A stretch of DNA of 63,278 bases, counting the filler, from Choristocarpus tenellus KU-1152 (lineage: Eukaryota > Protista > Phaeophyceae): NCBI GenBank assembly GCA_964200185.2. It is 12 parts of 12 records of this genome, joined end to end, with 100 filler letters (N's around TTAATTAATTAA, not from the genome) between each part and the next. Parts side by side here need not be neighbours in the genome. Positions count along the whole stretch, not along the records: positions 51,115 to 57,718 come from CAXNAD020007770.1; positions 57,819 to 60,346 come from CAXNAD020027039.1; positions 60,447 to 63,278 come from CAXNAD020024347.1; 9 more parts are not named here. The stretch is one strand, 5' to 3'. The translations under genes were made by a program, and so were the position numbers. The notes under the pieces are model-generated. The model did no database searches. It was not told the origin of the DNA and worked only from the letters and a program-made list of their open reading frames with translations. Positions 51,644 through 63,278 of this stretch are shown one piece after another; positions within the stretch are counted from its first letter, which is position 1, and each line of letters starts with the position of its first letter.

Positions 51644-54600
51644 ATGAACGCCAATAGCCAAGAAGTCGGATCGAAACCTCAAAGATGCTGCCAACTGTGT
51701 TTGTCACATCTGGTAAAAATTGGTGCAACTTTTCTGTTTAAGATCGTGTGCATTCTGGCATGCCTTCGTGGAAATGAGGCATCCTCCAATCAAAGGAAAT
51801 ATGATGGGAGTACGATAATCTATGATCCCAAGGCAAGATAAAAAGAAGTCGCTTTTCTTGTTTTCGAAGGTGGTCAATATTGTTCTTGTTCAGTGTACAC
51901 GATCCTTGTGTCCTTGTTGGCTGTGTCTGGCGATGTTATTGCAAAGTCCTATTGATGTGCACCCAACGATTTTGTTTCATTTCAATGAGGTATCAAATCT
52001 CTGTTTATCCTACATTCACCACCTTTCATCTTTCCTCAAGTTATGTTGCAAACATGGGACCGCCTATGACCTTTCCGCAACACCATGTCGAATTTGAAGG
52101 ACAAACCATTTGTACCTTGTCCTGAAGCACGATTTCTACGGGAGAATGACCGTTAAATGAACGCACAACCTCTATTGCACTATTCTCGAATTAAGCAGGG
52201 AAGAATGTACCAGGTGGAGTATGCTCAGGAGGCGACACTAAGAGGTTGCACGGTCGTCGGTGTCTGTGACGGAGATTGTGTTGTGTTAGCGGCGTGGACG
52301 CCTTCTCCTTCCACAATACGCGCACTTCCCGCAAAGGCAATATGGACAGTTGACTCGCATGTGGGACTTGCAGCCTCTGGGTGAGGCTGACGAGGGAGTA
52401 AGCCGTTCCATCCCACTGTTGCATGTTGTGTTGTGATGCCTCTGCAGTCATTTCATCGATGTCGTTTCGGTTTCTCGTCCGTCCCAATTGTGCCAATGAG
52501 AGGAGGCGTAGAATTGCTGTCAAGAGATGTAGTATCCTGTCGTCGTGTTGTATGAGCCCCACTTTGTTCATACTAAAGTGACCAATCTTTCTGCAAGATC
52601 TCCAAATGCTTTACACTTGGAGGAATGGGTCCACCCATGTTTTCCCTGTTCGTAAACTACCAGTCCACCCTTGACACAAACTTAGAACCCGTCTTGAAGC
52701 ATTTCTCGCTATCTTCCTGCATGGACAAATCTGACGTTGCTGTTGTGGTGACTGTGCCACTATTGGTACTGCACCATAGCCTTCGAAGCGATGTTCAGTA
52801 TCTGACTGATAACGCCTTCAAGTGGTGCTCAGAACATCACTATGTCTTCAGCTCATCAATTCCCTGCCACGTCTTGACCAGGTGATTGCCAAACATTGAC
52901 ATCGTTTTCTTTGTCTTTTGTTGGAGAAAATCGTTTGCACCCTGTTCAACAATTTATAGGACTGCCCTTCATATTTTGGAACATTTTTTATGCACATTTT
53001 ATCATTCACTGTACTGTACATTACATGAGATTCGTGTTGTGTATTCCCTCCAACTCCCTCTGCTCTGATGTAGTGACTATGTGAGTGTTATGTTGCCGGA
53101 GGTGAGACCCGCTGTGGCCAAAATTCCGAGGCGATGGGGAGGCAAGCACGGGGGATTGTTTTTTTTGTTCTTTTTTTTTCAGAGGATTGTGAGGCACAAA
53201 CAGCACAATCTGTAGATAAAAAAAATATATATATATATATCAGAGGCGTGTTTGCTTAAGTGCTACAAGTGAGGTAAGGAGATTTTTGTCGTTATTCTTT
53301 GGATTAGTGTTCTGACACTCTGCTGGTATATCTATCTTCATGAGGTCACAAAAATGTGCACAATATGGACTATAAATCCAGAGCAAGTTAGGGTATTGGT
53401 TCAGTTCTTGTTGCAGAGCTCTGGAAGGAGCTGTCCTGCTACTGCAACAGAGCATGTATGAGTGGGGACAGCCAGTCTCTCCTCCACCCCGACCTACACA
53501 TCCCGTCTTGTTGGTTGCTCATGTACATGCCTGTTACATGGGAGCAAGCTAGTGAGCGTGCTCGTGTTGACGTACTCTTGTCCACAACTGCTGGGCTTAC
53601 GGCATATCCTTTGCTGGCTTTAAAACATGTCGCCTGTGTCCCCGCCTCAACCTAGAACCAATTTGTATACTTTTTTCTCTCTTTTAGAAAAATATATTGT
53701 TTCCCCCCTCCCCCTTCTCCAACAGATGTCCTTGGGTTTTTTTTGTATGTATGCTATTAAAATACACACCATTTGTCCCTCCCTTCCTTCCTTCCTTCCT
53801 TTTGTGAACATGTTCCTGTAATTTTCCTTGTCCTCTCCTCCACCCGCCCCCCTGTGTCCCGGATGGCGCATGCCCTTTGTTGACTATAGTGCATGTGTCT
53901 TCTGTCCTAACCCTAATCCTAACCCCGTTCTGTCCTCTTGGCTTGTGCAGGCGTATCGCTGATGTGATACACTCCTGCACTGTCAGAGGTGGGAAAAGGC
54001 CTCTGGCGGTTGACATGCTTGTGGCAGGTGAGGCTAGAGAATCATGGAACTGTCGAGAGGGTCGGTTGTGCTTGTGCTTTGGGGACAGAGGCAATATTGC
54101 TTTGGTGGGTGGGTGGAGGTCTTTTGAGGGGAGACCTTTTTTTGGGGGGGGGAGTGTACTCTTTGAAGCCCTTGAGGATCTTGAAGTCTGGCATTGAAAG
54201 ACAGAGAGGGGAGTCCTCCGCGTAAAATATTCGTGCCAATACAACCAAGGCATAGAAGTAGTATGGGAAGGCTGCACAATGATACGTTGTTTTTGTAGTG
54301 GGTGCTGTTGCTGTTGCTGTTTCTATTCTGCCTTGGATGGGTTTGCATATCCTTGCAGCATGCGTATAATCAATAAATTACGCCAAGAAATACTTTGTGA
54401 TAATCAAGCAGTTCCTGTTTGTTGGATCTTGTTGGTCAGTAAGCTATTCAGTTTGATACATGTGTGTTTCATTCCCTCTGACACGTTTTTTGTGGTTGTT
54501 TCCAGAAAAGGACAGGCCATACAAGAGAGAACATAGCTGGACCCAATTATTTTTTTTTTATGTTGTTTACCCGAAAGACCCTCCCATGCGGCAAGCTGTA

Positions 54601-56051
54601 TCTCGAGCGGTGACTATAAACAGATGTGCACCCGTACTGGTAGAGACTAGCAACACGAAGGTGGTCCAATAGTGAGGAGAGAAGGGCAGGAGTCCGTTAG
54701 GCCCCGACAGGCCCACGAGTTCGAGATTCTAACTTGAAGCACACAGTGTGCCTCGACAGGACTACTTTTGTGGTGACCGATGCAATCTGGTGCAGATGCT
54801 CCTTTGCGGTCTCCCTTTGTGATTTGTGATCATGTTCAAGAGATGTGTCTTATCTGTTTGCCGAGAACGCGCTGAGCCTTAAACCGTGAGAGTGTTGAGG
54901 CTAGCAGTACCGGGGTGGAATATCCCCTCCTAGGGTTTGTGCGTACGGGCCTTGATTTGCAGCAGCAGTGACACCGATTGTAGCGGTGGTGCTGCACCTG
55001 CAGTTGACGGTTAGTCTGGACCTCAGAAAAAGGTCATGCCCAGGAGGAGTGGTCTCATTGGACAGTACAAGGCCCGTGGAAAACCGGACCCATGCCGAAA
55101 TTCCGTAGATGTTGAAAGGGGTTCCCATGCTCCAGGGTGCCGGAGGTCCCCCGCGCGTCCGCAATCATCGCTTCAGTCTTAGGACATAGTGTGTATATCT
55201 GTTGCCAGTGGTCCGCCTTCTTCATTCAGCTTATGTTTCCTTCTTGGCTGTTCCTTATCGCTATTCCTTCTGTTTCCGAGACTCTCAGGAAGGTTGTAAG
55301 AGCCGTACGCATTCCCCGGCCGTTCCGTTTTCCTAGTGTCGAGGTGATCGTTACTAGAGTTCCCCTTGACGTTTGGTTTTTATTTTTACCTCTTATGCCT
55401 GATGGGACAGGGTTCGACGAGCACATGGGGGCAAGCTTGCACCAGGTGCAGACGACAGGTGCTGTGCAGCGCTACAAGGCGGTTGCGATTGGTGCCAATG
55501 CTGCAGCTGCCAAATCGGATCTTGTACGATCTGGATTGGAGTCTGAGGGCCCCACTTCAAGCCTTGAAACAAAGGTGAAAAAGTCGGCAGATGAAGAAGC
55601 AGGTTGTGGTCTTGACCGAGATGGCAAGATCGACTCCACCTTGTTGACTGAGCACGCCAAGGATTGCTCTGACGATGCCAACGGAAACCTTGGCGGTAAG
55701 GGGTTGGGTCAAACGCTAACACCTGGATACCGCGCTGTGCTGAAGAGGGCAATATCTGCCCTTTGCAAGGCAGGATGCCCCGATGGGGAAGGGGAGGGCA
55801 GGCTGATTAATGCCTCTGAGCTGTCTGCTGTTGTCTATCGACAAGTCGTTGTGGGGAGGGAGTTAACAGGAGGTGGGGAGGCTGAGGGGTATTGGTCGAG
55901 GTGGAGGAAGTCTGATGGGATAGGTGGTGGCTTGTGTGCTGAGGGAATTGTCTGTTCAGCGGAGGATCTGGAGGATATCCTTGATGAGCTGGTGACAGAA
56001 TCGGAAGGAAAGAAAGATGGGGATTGCTCTGATGAAACACCATCTCTGTAA
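51644..56051 (+). CDS. Divergent 20S proteasome alpha-type subunit with signal-peptide-like N-terminal extension; exons 51644-51832, 52199-52380, 52780-52881, 53951-54027, 55411-56051
   Basis: YDGSTIIYDPK|GRMYQVEYA alpha signature; VDSHVGLAASG|LRSD; KRPLAVDMLVAGFD; YKAVAIG. All phases are consistent; intron 1 is GC-AG. Confidence 0.9.
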
Positions 56052-56449
56052 AATTTTTATGTGTCACAATAGGTGTAGAATTTTTCTTTCTGTGTGTCAA
56101 TAATGTCGCTTTTTATAAATTTCATCAATGAACAATGTTATCTCTCCTTTTTTGCATGTCCATCTAGGTAAGGCAGCTGAAGAAGGTGTTTTAAGAAGCA
56201 AACCTGTGGGCTGTAGTTTTTGAAAATAACTGATCCCTTGTGTGTACAGAAAAGATTCACATGCAGACGTGTGAGAGGGATACGATCCAGCAACCAACCC
56301 AGAGTCAACCTCATCGTAATTTCGGTGGGGGGTTGTGCAATGCGCAAAACTATGTGTGAAAAAAGTGTCAAGAGAGTGTGAGTGGTGTTCTGCTTTTGCT
56401 ACGACAGTAGAACTCATGATGCAACAGTCTGTTGGGAGGAGTGTTGACA

Positions 56450-57000
56450 AATATAGTTGCACTTAGTTTTGCGAATTGTGGTGTTTGACCAGATCGTTGA
56501 TCTTATCACACACAATGATGAGAATATGGTTTGCATCTGGACATCCTACACTATGCAGTAGAATAAGGTGTCTGTCAACTACAGAGTTTGTGTTTGAAAA
56601 CCAAAGGAATTTTACACAAGATGTAATGATGTGGAGGTTTGCGGAAGGAGAGCTTGGGAAGGGAGGAGATACTACACACCCAATCATGAATGCACCCTAT
56701 TGGCTAGATGTGACATAGAGGCAAGTCTAAAGAGCGGATCGTATGGGTGAGTACAATGCAGGTATTTTTCCAGAAGGTACCCCAGTAACAAGATTCATTG
56801 GGCTCATCTGAAGTGACCATTTCCGTAGTGGCATTTTGGAGAGATGTGAGAATCGAGCATGGGTGGAGCTATCATTGTGGCCCTTGGGTGTGAGGGAGAG
56901 ACAACTGCAGTGGCATTGTAATTATAAGGTGCATACCCTTCTCCTTACGATCCTTGACAATCCTTGATGCTGAACATATCACATTGAATGATATCAATGC
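56450..57000 (+). mobile_element. Possible decayed PIF/Harbinger transposase remnant
   Basis: ENQRNF motif, and a GTGAGAATCGAGCAT segment shared with ~2255-2270; weak. Confidence 0.25.
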
Positions 57001-57229
57001 CTTGCTGTCTCTTTGTGAAACTCTTTGTCACTCGCACTTTGCAGCACGTTGCTACCTTGCAGCTTGGGCATACGACCCACACAATGCCAAACAAAAAAGT
57101 TCACCTATATCTATCCCAAAACAAAAGTGATATCAAGACGTCAATTTGAAATCCACAGTCAAAGAAAACCCTTCCAGTCACGCACTAGACACAACCATCG
57201 GTCAAAAAAAATGGCTCAGATTGCAAAAG

Positions 57230-57680
57230 ATAAATTCTGACATAGCTTGAAGAGAAGGGCAGTGATTGCGGATGGAGATGCAAGGGAGTAAGAATGGCCC
57301 CTTGGTCTATGTCGACATCAGGCGAGTTGCCTAGATGTTTGGGAGCAGTACCCTGGCTATATCAAAGCTTTGGAAGGTCTGCATGACTCAAGAGGATGCT
57401 AGTGTTACAGATCCCAGTTTTGGTATACGACAGAAGGTGAAATGTAGCCACAACGGGATCAACGTTGATGACCATCGAGATGCCCTCCAAACAATACCAA
57501 TTATGAAAAGGGTGATGCAGCACACCGTTGTGGCTTGGCTGGGCATCCTGCAGTCCACTGTGCGTGTCAACATGAACAAGTTCGGCTTAAAGGTGTTTTC
57601 AACCTATCTTAAGCGGTTGCCTTCCCATGAATACAAGGTACAAAGGCTGAGGTGGGAAACACGTTGGGTTTCTGAGGAAC
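57230..57680 (+). mobile_element. mariner (DD39D-like) transposase N-terminal remnant
   Basis: AISKLWK...LQTIPIMKR...LGILQSTV...STYLKR...KVQRLRW resembles the mariner HTH/linker region. Confidence 0.6.
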
Positions 57681-59321
57681 CTGAAGGCTTGGACCCAAAG
57701 TAGCTGGGTGGGGGGGGGNNNNNNNNNNNNNNNNNNNNNNNNNNNNNNNNNNNNNNNNNNNNTTAATTAATTAANNNNNNNNNNNNNNNNNNNNNNNNNN
57801 NNNNNNNNNNNNNNNNNNCCCCCCCCCCAGATACTTTGACCCTATGTTGTTTATGTGCAGTTACACATGGGGTTGGGGAGCTGTAAATTTTGATGGAGTC
57901 ACTCGGTAGGTGAGGAGGTCATAATACAAGGTTTTGAGTTTTAGTGTTCATATCTCAGTGTGGTATGTTTTAGTTAGCGTTGGTGTTAAGGATGTGAGGG
58001 ATGCGTGGAACAGTGCTAAATTAGGTTGCGTATCATATTTTATGGTTTCTAGTTTTTTGTTTCCTGTATTGAGGGTTGAAAAAATAAAAACTTGTCTTTG
58101 AACAATGAAGTAATGTTCTTGATCCAGGGGTCAGTCAGCCTGATGCTTCCAATAGTATGCAGATCATCTGTCAGCGAATGCATTTCCCTTGACCCTTCAC
58201 AGGCTGATCAAGATTTCTCATACGGTCTGTATGACCACAAGGGTCTTTACTGATCTTTTCGTGTAAGGATTGTCGGGAATGGGGCATACTCGGAATGGCC
58301 TTCACACAGATGATTTGCAGGTTGGTTGTTCACCTTTGGGAGGGGTGTTTTGCATGGGAGTGAGTTTGCGGTGTCTGTGGTATACTTGGGTTGAGTTAGG
58401 GGGGGAAGGGGGAGTGGATAAGTAAGTGTCAGTTACACATGGCTTGGATGGCCCGCATAAGATCTCCAGAGTTCGTCAACAGGAATCGAGTCTAAGGGAC
58501 TTGTAACTTCCTTCTGAACATGTACATTTTGATTAATATAAAAAATGGTATGTTGGGATGCAAAATTTCTGTCTGAGGCAATTGAGGTCTGAAGGAGAGG
58601 AGAACAATGCCTTCCTCAATGATCCTCGTTGAGTTTTCTGTATACGTAGTATGATATCAACAGGCATCCTCTCTAGGCCCGTTGTACACATGTTTACTTT
58701 ATTAAATGAAAGTCGTACTCAAGAGCCAAAATGCTCTTTTTTTCATTTTTTTTTCTCCGGGAAATGTGTGGATTATGTATGACCTGAATTTTTGGTAATA
58801 GAGGAATGCGTTGGATGCTAAGGTGGTGGTCATTTATTCTTTACAATGCCCACGACCGCCTCAATATAGTTAGGGCTAGGGATATATTTTTATATCTTTC
58901 CAGCTGACTCATCTGTGTCTTAGGAAAAGATGCTGACCAAAAAGCCAGTGTCCCTCCTGATTCCTTCCTTGCAGTCTCCCCCTCCCCACTCCTCTCCTTT
59001 TACATTCCTGTGATCCTTGGCTTTCTGCTTTGGATATACTCAATGAGGAGAGGAGATCGGCAGTATTGCTGCCTGGCTTGTAGCAAGAATGTTTTTCTTT
59101 TCATGTTAGTGGAATACGCCTTATGAATGTGCACTCACGAACGAATACGCCTTGATGTTCACCCCTTTCCCTTCCCATATTTATTTCCCTATTTCGGGTG
59201 TTTCTATGACCCTGATCAGGCGGAAGGCATTCTGGATGCATTTTATGATTCCCCGCGGCGTGAGGTCAAGTGAAACAGGACCTATAACGGACGGGAGATG
59301 AAGCACACTTGAGTGAGCTCA

Positions 59322-59578
59322 GAGTGAAAGTATCTTAGAGGGTACGAGTTTTGCCCTGTTTGTCCATTTGGGGCTTGGCTTCCTATGGGATTTATTATGA
59401 CATTTTCCTACTCCAAAGTGTTTCGGAGTAGGTAAAATGTGTATGTCATGCAAAGGTGTGTCCAGAACAAGGATATCGAGATTTCCTAACAAACACGATA
59501 GCCAAAATACATCAAAATCGCAAGATTGAATTTTGGCCCCAAATGGATGCGGCCCTACCCTCTAAGATACTTTGGCTC
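59322..59578 (+). mobile_element. MITE family B, intact ~257-bp reference copy
   Basis: TIR GAGTGAAAGTATCTTAGAGGGTA...TACCCTCTAAGATACTTTGGCTC. Confidence 0.9.
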
Positions 59579-60179
59579 TCAAGGTAGTCTTGGGTTGGCA
59601 AATAATGGTTGAATCTGGTGGGGGGGGGCTCTGCTACTTGTTGCCATGATTCAAGTGCCCTTTGCTTTACACCTCTCCCCTTCACATAGATTTGGTTTCA
59701 AGGCCTGTACGCAGGGGCATGAGGGTCTGATATCGATGTGAGAAAGAGCAACTCATGGTGTCGGTTGTCCCTACATACCTTTGGTACACATTCCCCGCTT
59801 CTCAGTAAGTCTTGATTTCAAGATAGTTGTTGTGAAGTGAAGGGTGTGGTTTTGCTTAATATTGTTGTTTTTGTGGTGGAGATATAGTGTTGTGCTGGCC
59901 CTGTGCTACACTTCATGCATGTTGGATGGACTCCTCTTCCACCCACCTCCGTGCTCCCCCATTTCAAGTGGTGACTGTAATGATGAATGACTTTTGGTAG
60001 AGCCGGGCAAGGGTTGGCTTGTGGTTGGCATGGGGGTAGCAAGTGAGCTTAAGTAGTTGAGAGCTTTGTTTATCTGCCTTTTGGCATTGTGTTGCAGGTG
60101 GGTATTCTTGTGTTGGCACTGGAAGGCTGTATGCTTATTTTTCCATTCGCTGTGGATAGGTTAGGCAAAATGGTTATAA

Positions 60180-60346
60180 TTATCTGGGGAGGGTTGCGGC
60201 TGTCCATATGGGGCCAATTTTTCAATGTCACGATTTTTTGATGGTTTGGTTGCATACGTCGGATGGATAATGTAAGTGCACTTTTCCTGGTTATGACTCA
60301 AATAGACACCCTGGTGTAGATCCCGCCCCCCGCCAGATCCTTTGAC
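60180..60346 (-). mobile_element. MITE family A
   Basis: Homologous to 62646-62824. Confidence 0.85.
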
Positions 60347-60449
60347 NNNNNNNNNNNNNNNNNNNNNNNNNNNNNNNNNNNNNNNNNNNNTTAATTAATT
60401 AANNNNNNNNNNNNNNNNNNNNNNNNNNNNNNNNNNNNNNNNNNNNGAG

Positions 60450-60900
60450 TTGGAAGAGTCTAATCGAACAACATGCTCAGGTAATAGAAACTACGCCATA
60501 AAACCCCAGGTTTGGCGGTGGCCTCATCGTGATAGCTTGGCTGTTCAAGGATACATAACGGTCACAAGGAGAAACGAGGGAATACGAGAGCAAGATCAAG
60601 CGGTAATCTAGGGTTTGGTAGAGGAAACCTCAGAATTGTGCAATTATCGCACTTCAAACTAGTTACTGATTCTAGTAATATTCCAAAAAAAAGGACTCTA
60701 TTTGGGACGTTGGTGTTGTGAAACCAGGGTCCTACATTCGATACTCGACGAACCCACAGGCTCGAACAACTTGAGAGGAGTACCATTGGCACACGTCAAT
60801 TGAGTTTCTTTGCGGTCGTTACTCATGAAGAATGGGAAGTTGCAAGATGGAACTTGGAAGTGGACATTTTGGAGGTTCGTCATCCATCACTCTTGTACAG
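60450..60900 (-). mobile_element. Decayed Copia protease/GAG-pre-integrase remnant
   Basis: TQLTCANGTPLK...VG and VPN...LLESVTSL resemble VxxANGxxL..GxG and VPxLxxNLLSVxxL. Confidence 0.45.
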
Positions 60901-61425
60901 TCTCTGGGGTATGCTCAGGGCACGTACGCGGTTTTACTCACGGGTCAGGCCCCTGAATCACGAAATTTAGTCCTCCCAAAAGATTGACCAGCGTAGTTAG
61001 TCCCCCGGGGACATCATCACACTTGTTGAAATCTCCGGAAGATAAGCACTCCAGGTGGCTTCGTACGCCTGCAGTTCTAATGGCGTGAAGGCGAAGAGGG
61101 ACACAGCACAAGATGTGTAATGAATTAAATGGGGCCTTCGCGGGAGGGAAGCCGTCTTGAACTCATATTTCGATGACTGCAGTATGCGCAAGAAAAACGA
61201 AACACTCTTTATGTCAACATCTGGGCAGACCCTCTCTCTCTTGGGGGTATTTCATCCCGCGCCCCTGGCGAAAAAATCATGATGCGACAATAGGGTGTCA
61301 ACAAGCATCATCACAGGGAGGTACATCATGCACGAAGATTACACCCATGCATCCCAACATGTATTTCAGGAAACTGTAAGATACTGTCAATACTCTACTC
61401 CTTGCAATACCTGTAACGGCCTGTT

Positions 61426-61684
61426 GAAGTGAAAGTATCTCAGAGGGTACGAGTTTTGCCCTCTTTGTCCATTTGGGGCTTGACTTCCCTTAGGGTTTTT
61501 ATGGCATTTTCCCACTCCAAAGTATTGTGGAGTAGGTAAATTGTATACGTTATAAAAAGTTGTGTCCGGAACAAGGATATCGACACCTCCTAACAAACAC
61601 GATAGCCAAAATCATATCAAAATCGCAATATTGGATTTTGACCCCCAAATGGACGCAGCTCTACCCTCTAAGATACTTTGGCTC
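61426..61684 (+). mobile_element. MITE family B with TGTT target-site duplication
   Basis: Homologous to 59322-59578; flanked by TGTT/TGTT. Confidence 0.9.
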
Positions 61685-62645
61685 TGTTATTGTTTGGTGT
61701 TCAGAGCTCTAGACCATTATTGCCAAGGAGAGGTGCCTACTTCCCAGTACTCATTGTGGGGTAAGGTCTTGTGGAAGTTGCCTATTAACAACAGGTATTT
61801 TTCCTCGTCTCCATTATTACTGTGGCACATATGTCGGATCTCAAACTCCGCCTGAGTCGTGTCAGAGTGCATCTCGAAGGTATTAGCCCTTCTGGTTGGA
61901 GATGACAGGGGACTAATGGCAGAATTCAACTTGCATATCGTGGTATCATTGGACTGTCCCCAGCAGGAAGTAGTCAACACGAGCACCAGCAGGGGTGTCG
62001 CTCGGGAAAGGTGTTCTGTATCATGCTCTTCAGGTCGATAAAGTTGTTTTACAAAGGTCTGCAACAGGCACCTCGCAAATGTGAGATGAACAGGAAATGA
62101 TCAAAACTTTGCGGCAACAACAACGAATGACGTTTTGGGCGAGACTCTGGGACTCTACATTGGTGGTTAGAAGGTCGCGAGGTGTATATAGTTTATTGGG
62201 CCAGCTTTTACCGGTTCTGGGTGATTTACATCACCCCAACTGCTTCCACCTTCCGCTTAAGGTGAGATAATGGTTGACGTTTCCCCTTCTGTTTCTCTCC
62301 ATGATGGGAACTGGTGTATAGTAATGTAACAAGGATTTTCGATAGTAGATTTATAGATGTCATTTCCTCGAGTTTTGTTTGGGGTTTTCTGGTGGTCTCA
62401 GGAATCCAGGACGATTCTTAGTGAAACGATTCAACAGTGACTTTTCATCGGTTTTTCCCGAAACACATCTCGAAAATGTGAAAGGGCAATATATATATAT
62501 ATATATATACTTCCTCCCTGCCATAAGCCTGTGCCACGTTTTCTGTAACGTTTGAAGATGATGAATTTCATTTCTGAAAAAAGATTTGGAATCCTTGACG
62601 AATTTCTGGTTAGCGTCAGCTCAATTTATTTTTATTACTCCCCAT

Positions 62646-62824
62646 GACTCAAATATCTAGGGGGGGTGGCGGCTGTCTATTTGGGACTTTTTTTTATTGC
62701 ATGTCGCGATTTTTGGGTTATTTGGTTCCATACGTTGGATGGATAATGAAAGGGCACTTTTCTTGGTTTGGGGCCAAATGGACACTCTGGTGTAGACCCT
62801 CCACCCCCCCAGATACATTGGGTC
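62646..62824 (-). mobile_element. MITE family A with CCAT target-site duplication
   Basis: CCAT-GACTCAAATATCT...AGATACATTGGGTC-CCAT. Confidence 0.9.
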
Positions 62825-62979
62825 CCATTCATCACAAGTTTATTAGCCACAGAAAATCCTACATGTCTACCTTCGGCGTGTTTTCAGCCTCACCACACAA
62901 CTTCCTCTTCCTTAGACCTGTGTGCTCCAAACTGAAGCCATTAACCCCTTTCTATCTAAGTACTTGATTGTACACCATC

Positions 62980-63230
62980 AAAAAGGAGCTGCCAAGCCTT
63001 CTCAAGAGTGGTTTCATTATACATCTCATACTGTCTCTCAATGACCTTCACCATCTCCTCAACGGACCCAAACCGCTCCCCCATCACACGGCATTTCAAA
63101 GACTTGAAGAATCACAGGTCCATGGTATCGAGGTTGGGGGAGTAAGATGGATGCGTCACAAGCCTGATCGACCACCCCTCAGTGTTCCTTGCCCCTGACA
63201 AGATTTCTGAGCTGCCCTTCCCTGTGTGGG
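62980..63230 (-). mobile_element. mariner transposase pseudogene fragment
   Basis: GWSIRLVTHPSYSPNLDTMDL*FFKSLKCRVMGERFGS; nucleotide paralog of 37440-37620. Confidence 0.75.
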
Positions 63231-63278
63231 GGGGGGGCCCCGTCTTGCTGAACGACAATGTGCTTCCCCTGCAACCAA

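Noticed and set aside
55137-55410. N-terminal part of the 304-aa ORF
   Set aside because: Intronic read-through; proteasome homology and the acceptor begin at 55411.
1-63278. Fanzor/TnpB, giant-virus insertion or prokaryotic contamination
   Set aside because: No RuvC/zinc-ribbon ORF and no long intronless gene-dense segment on either strand.

Overview
Eukaryotic, intron-rich, transposon-littered genomic DNA. It is most consistent with a photosynthetic stramenopile (brown-alga-like), an inference from TTAGGG repeats, bipartite-type presequences and the intron style. The window is not one contiguous molecule: 12 contigs are joined by 11 artificial 100-nt N44-TTAATTAATTAA-N44 linkers, so neighbourhood arguments hold only within a contig. 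Five spliced genes could be rebuilt by hand with consistent exon phases: (1) a DnaJ-type CxxCxGxG zinc-finger protein (26736-29132, -), head-to-head with (2) a presequence-bearing FG-GAP/VCBS-like propeller protein (29442->33121, +); (3) RPS12 (41287-43151, -), head-to-head with (4) RPL37 (43753-47786, +); and (5) a divergent 20S proteasome alpha subunit with a signal-peptide-like N-terminal extension (51644-56051, +), a candidate periplastid-compartment subunit. Three of about 17 introns need GC donors. The rest is MITEs with shared GAGTC/GACCC-type termini, several copies having 4-bp TSDs (Sola-like), plus a foldback element and decayed Copia, RTE-LINE, mariner/Tc1 and other TE remnants. Short TTAGGG tracts recur at rearrangement junctions, suggesting telomere-templated repair. 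No CRISPR, rRNA or convincing tRNA was found.
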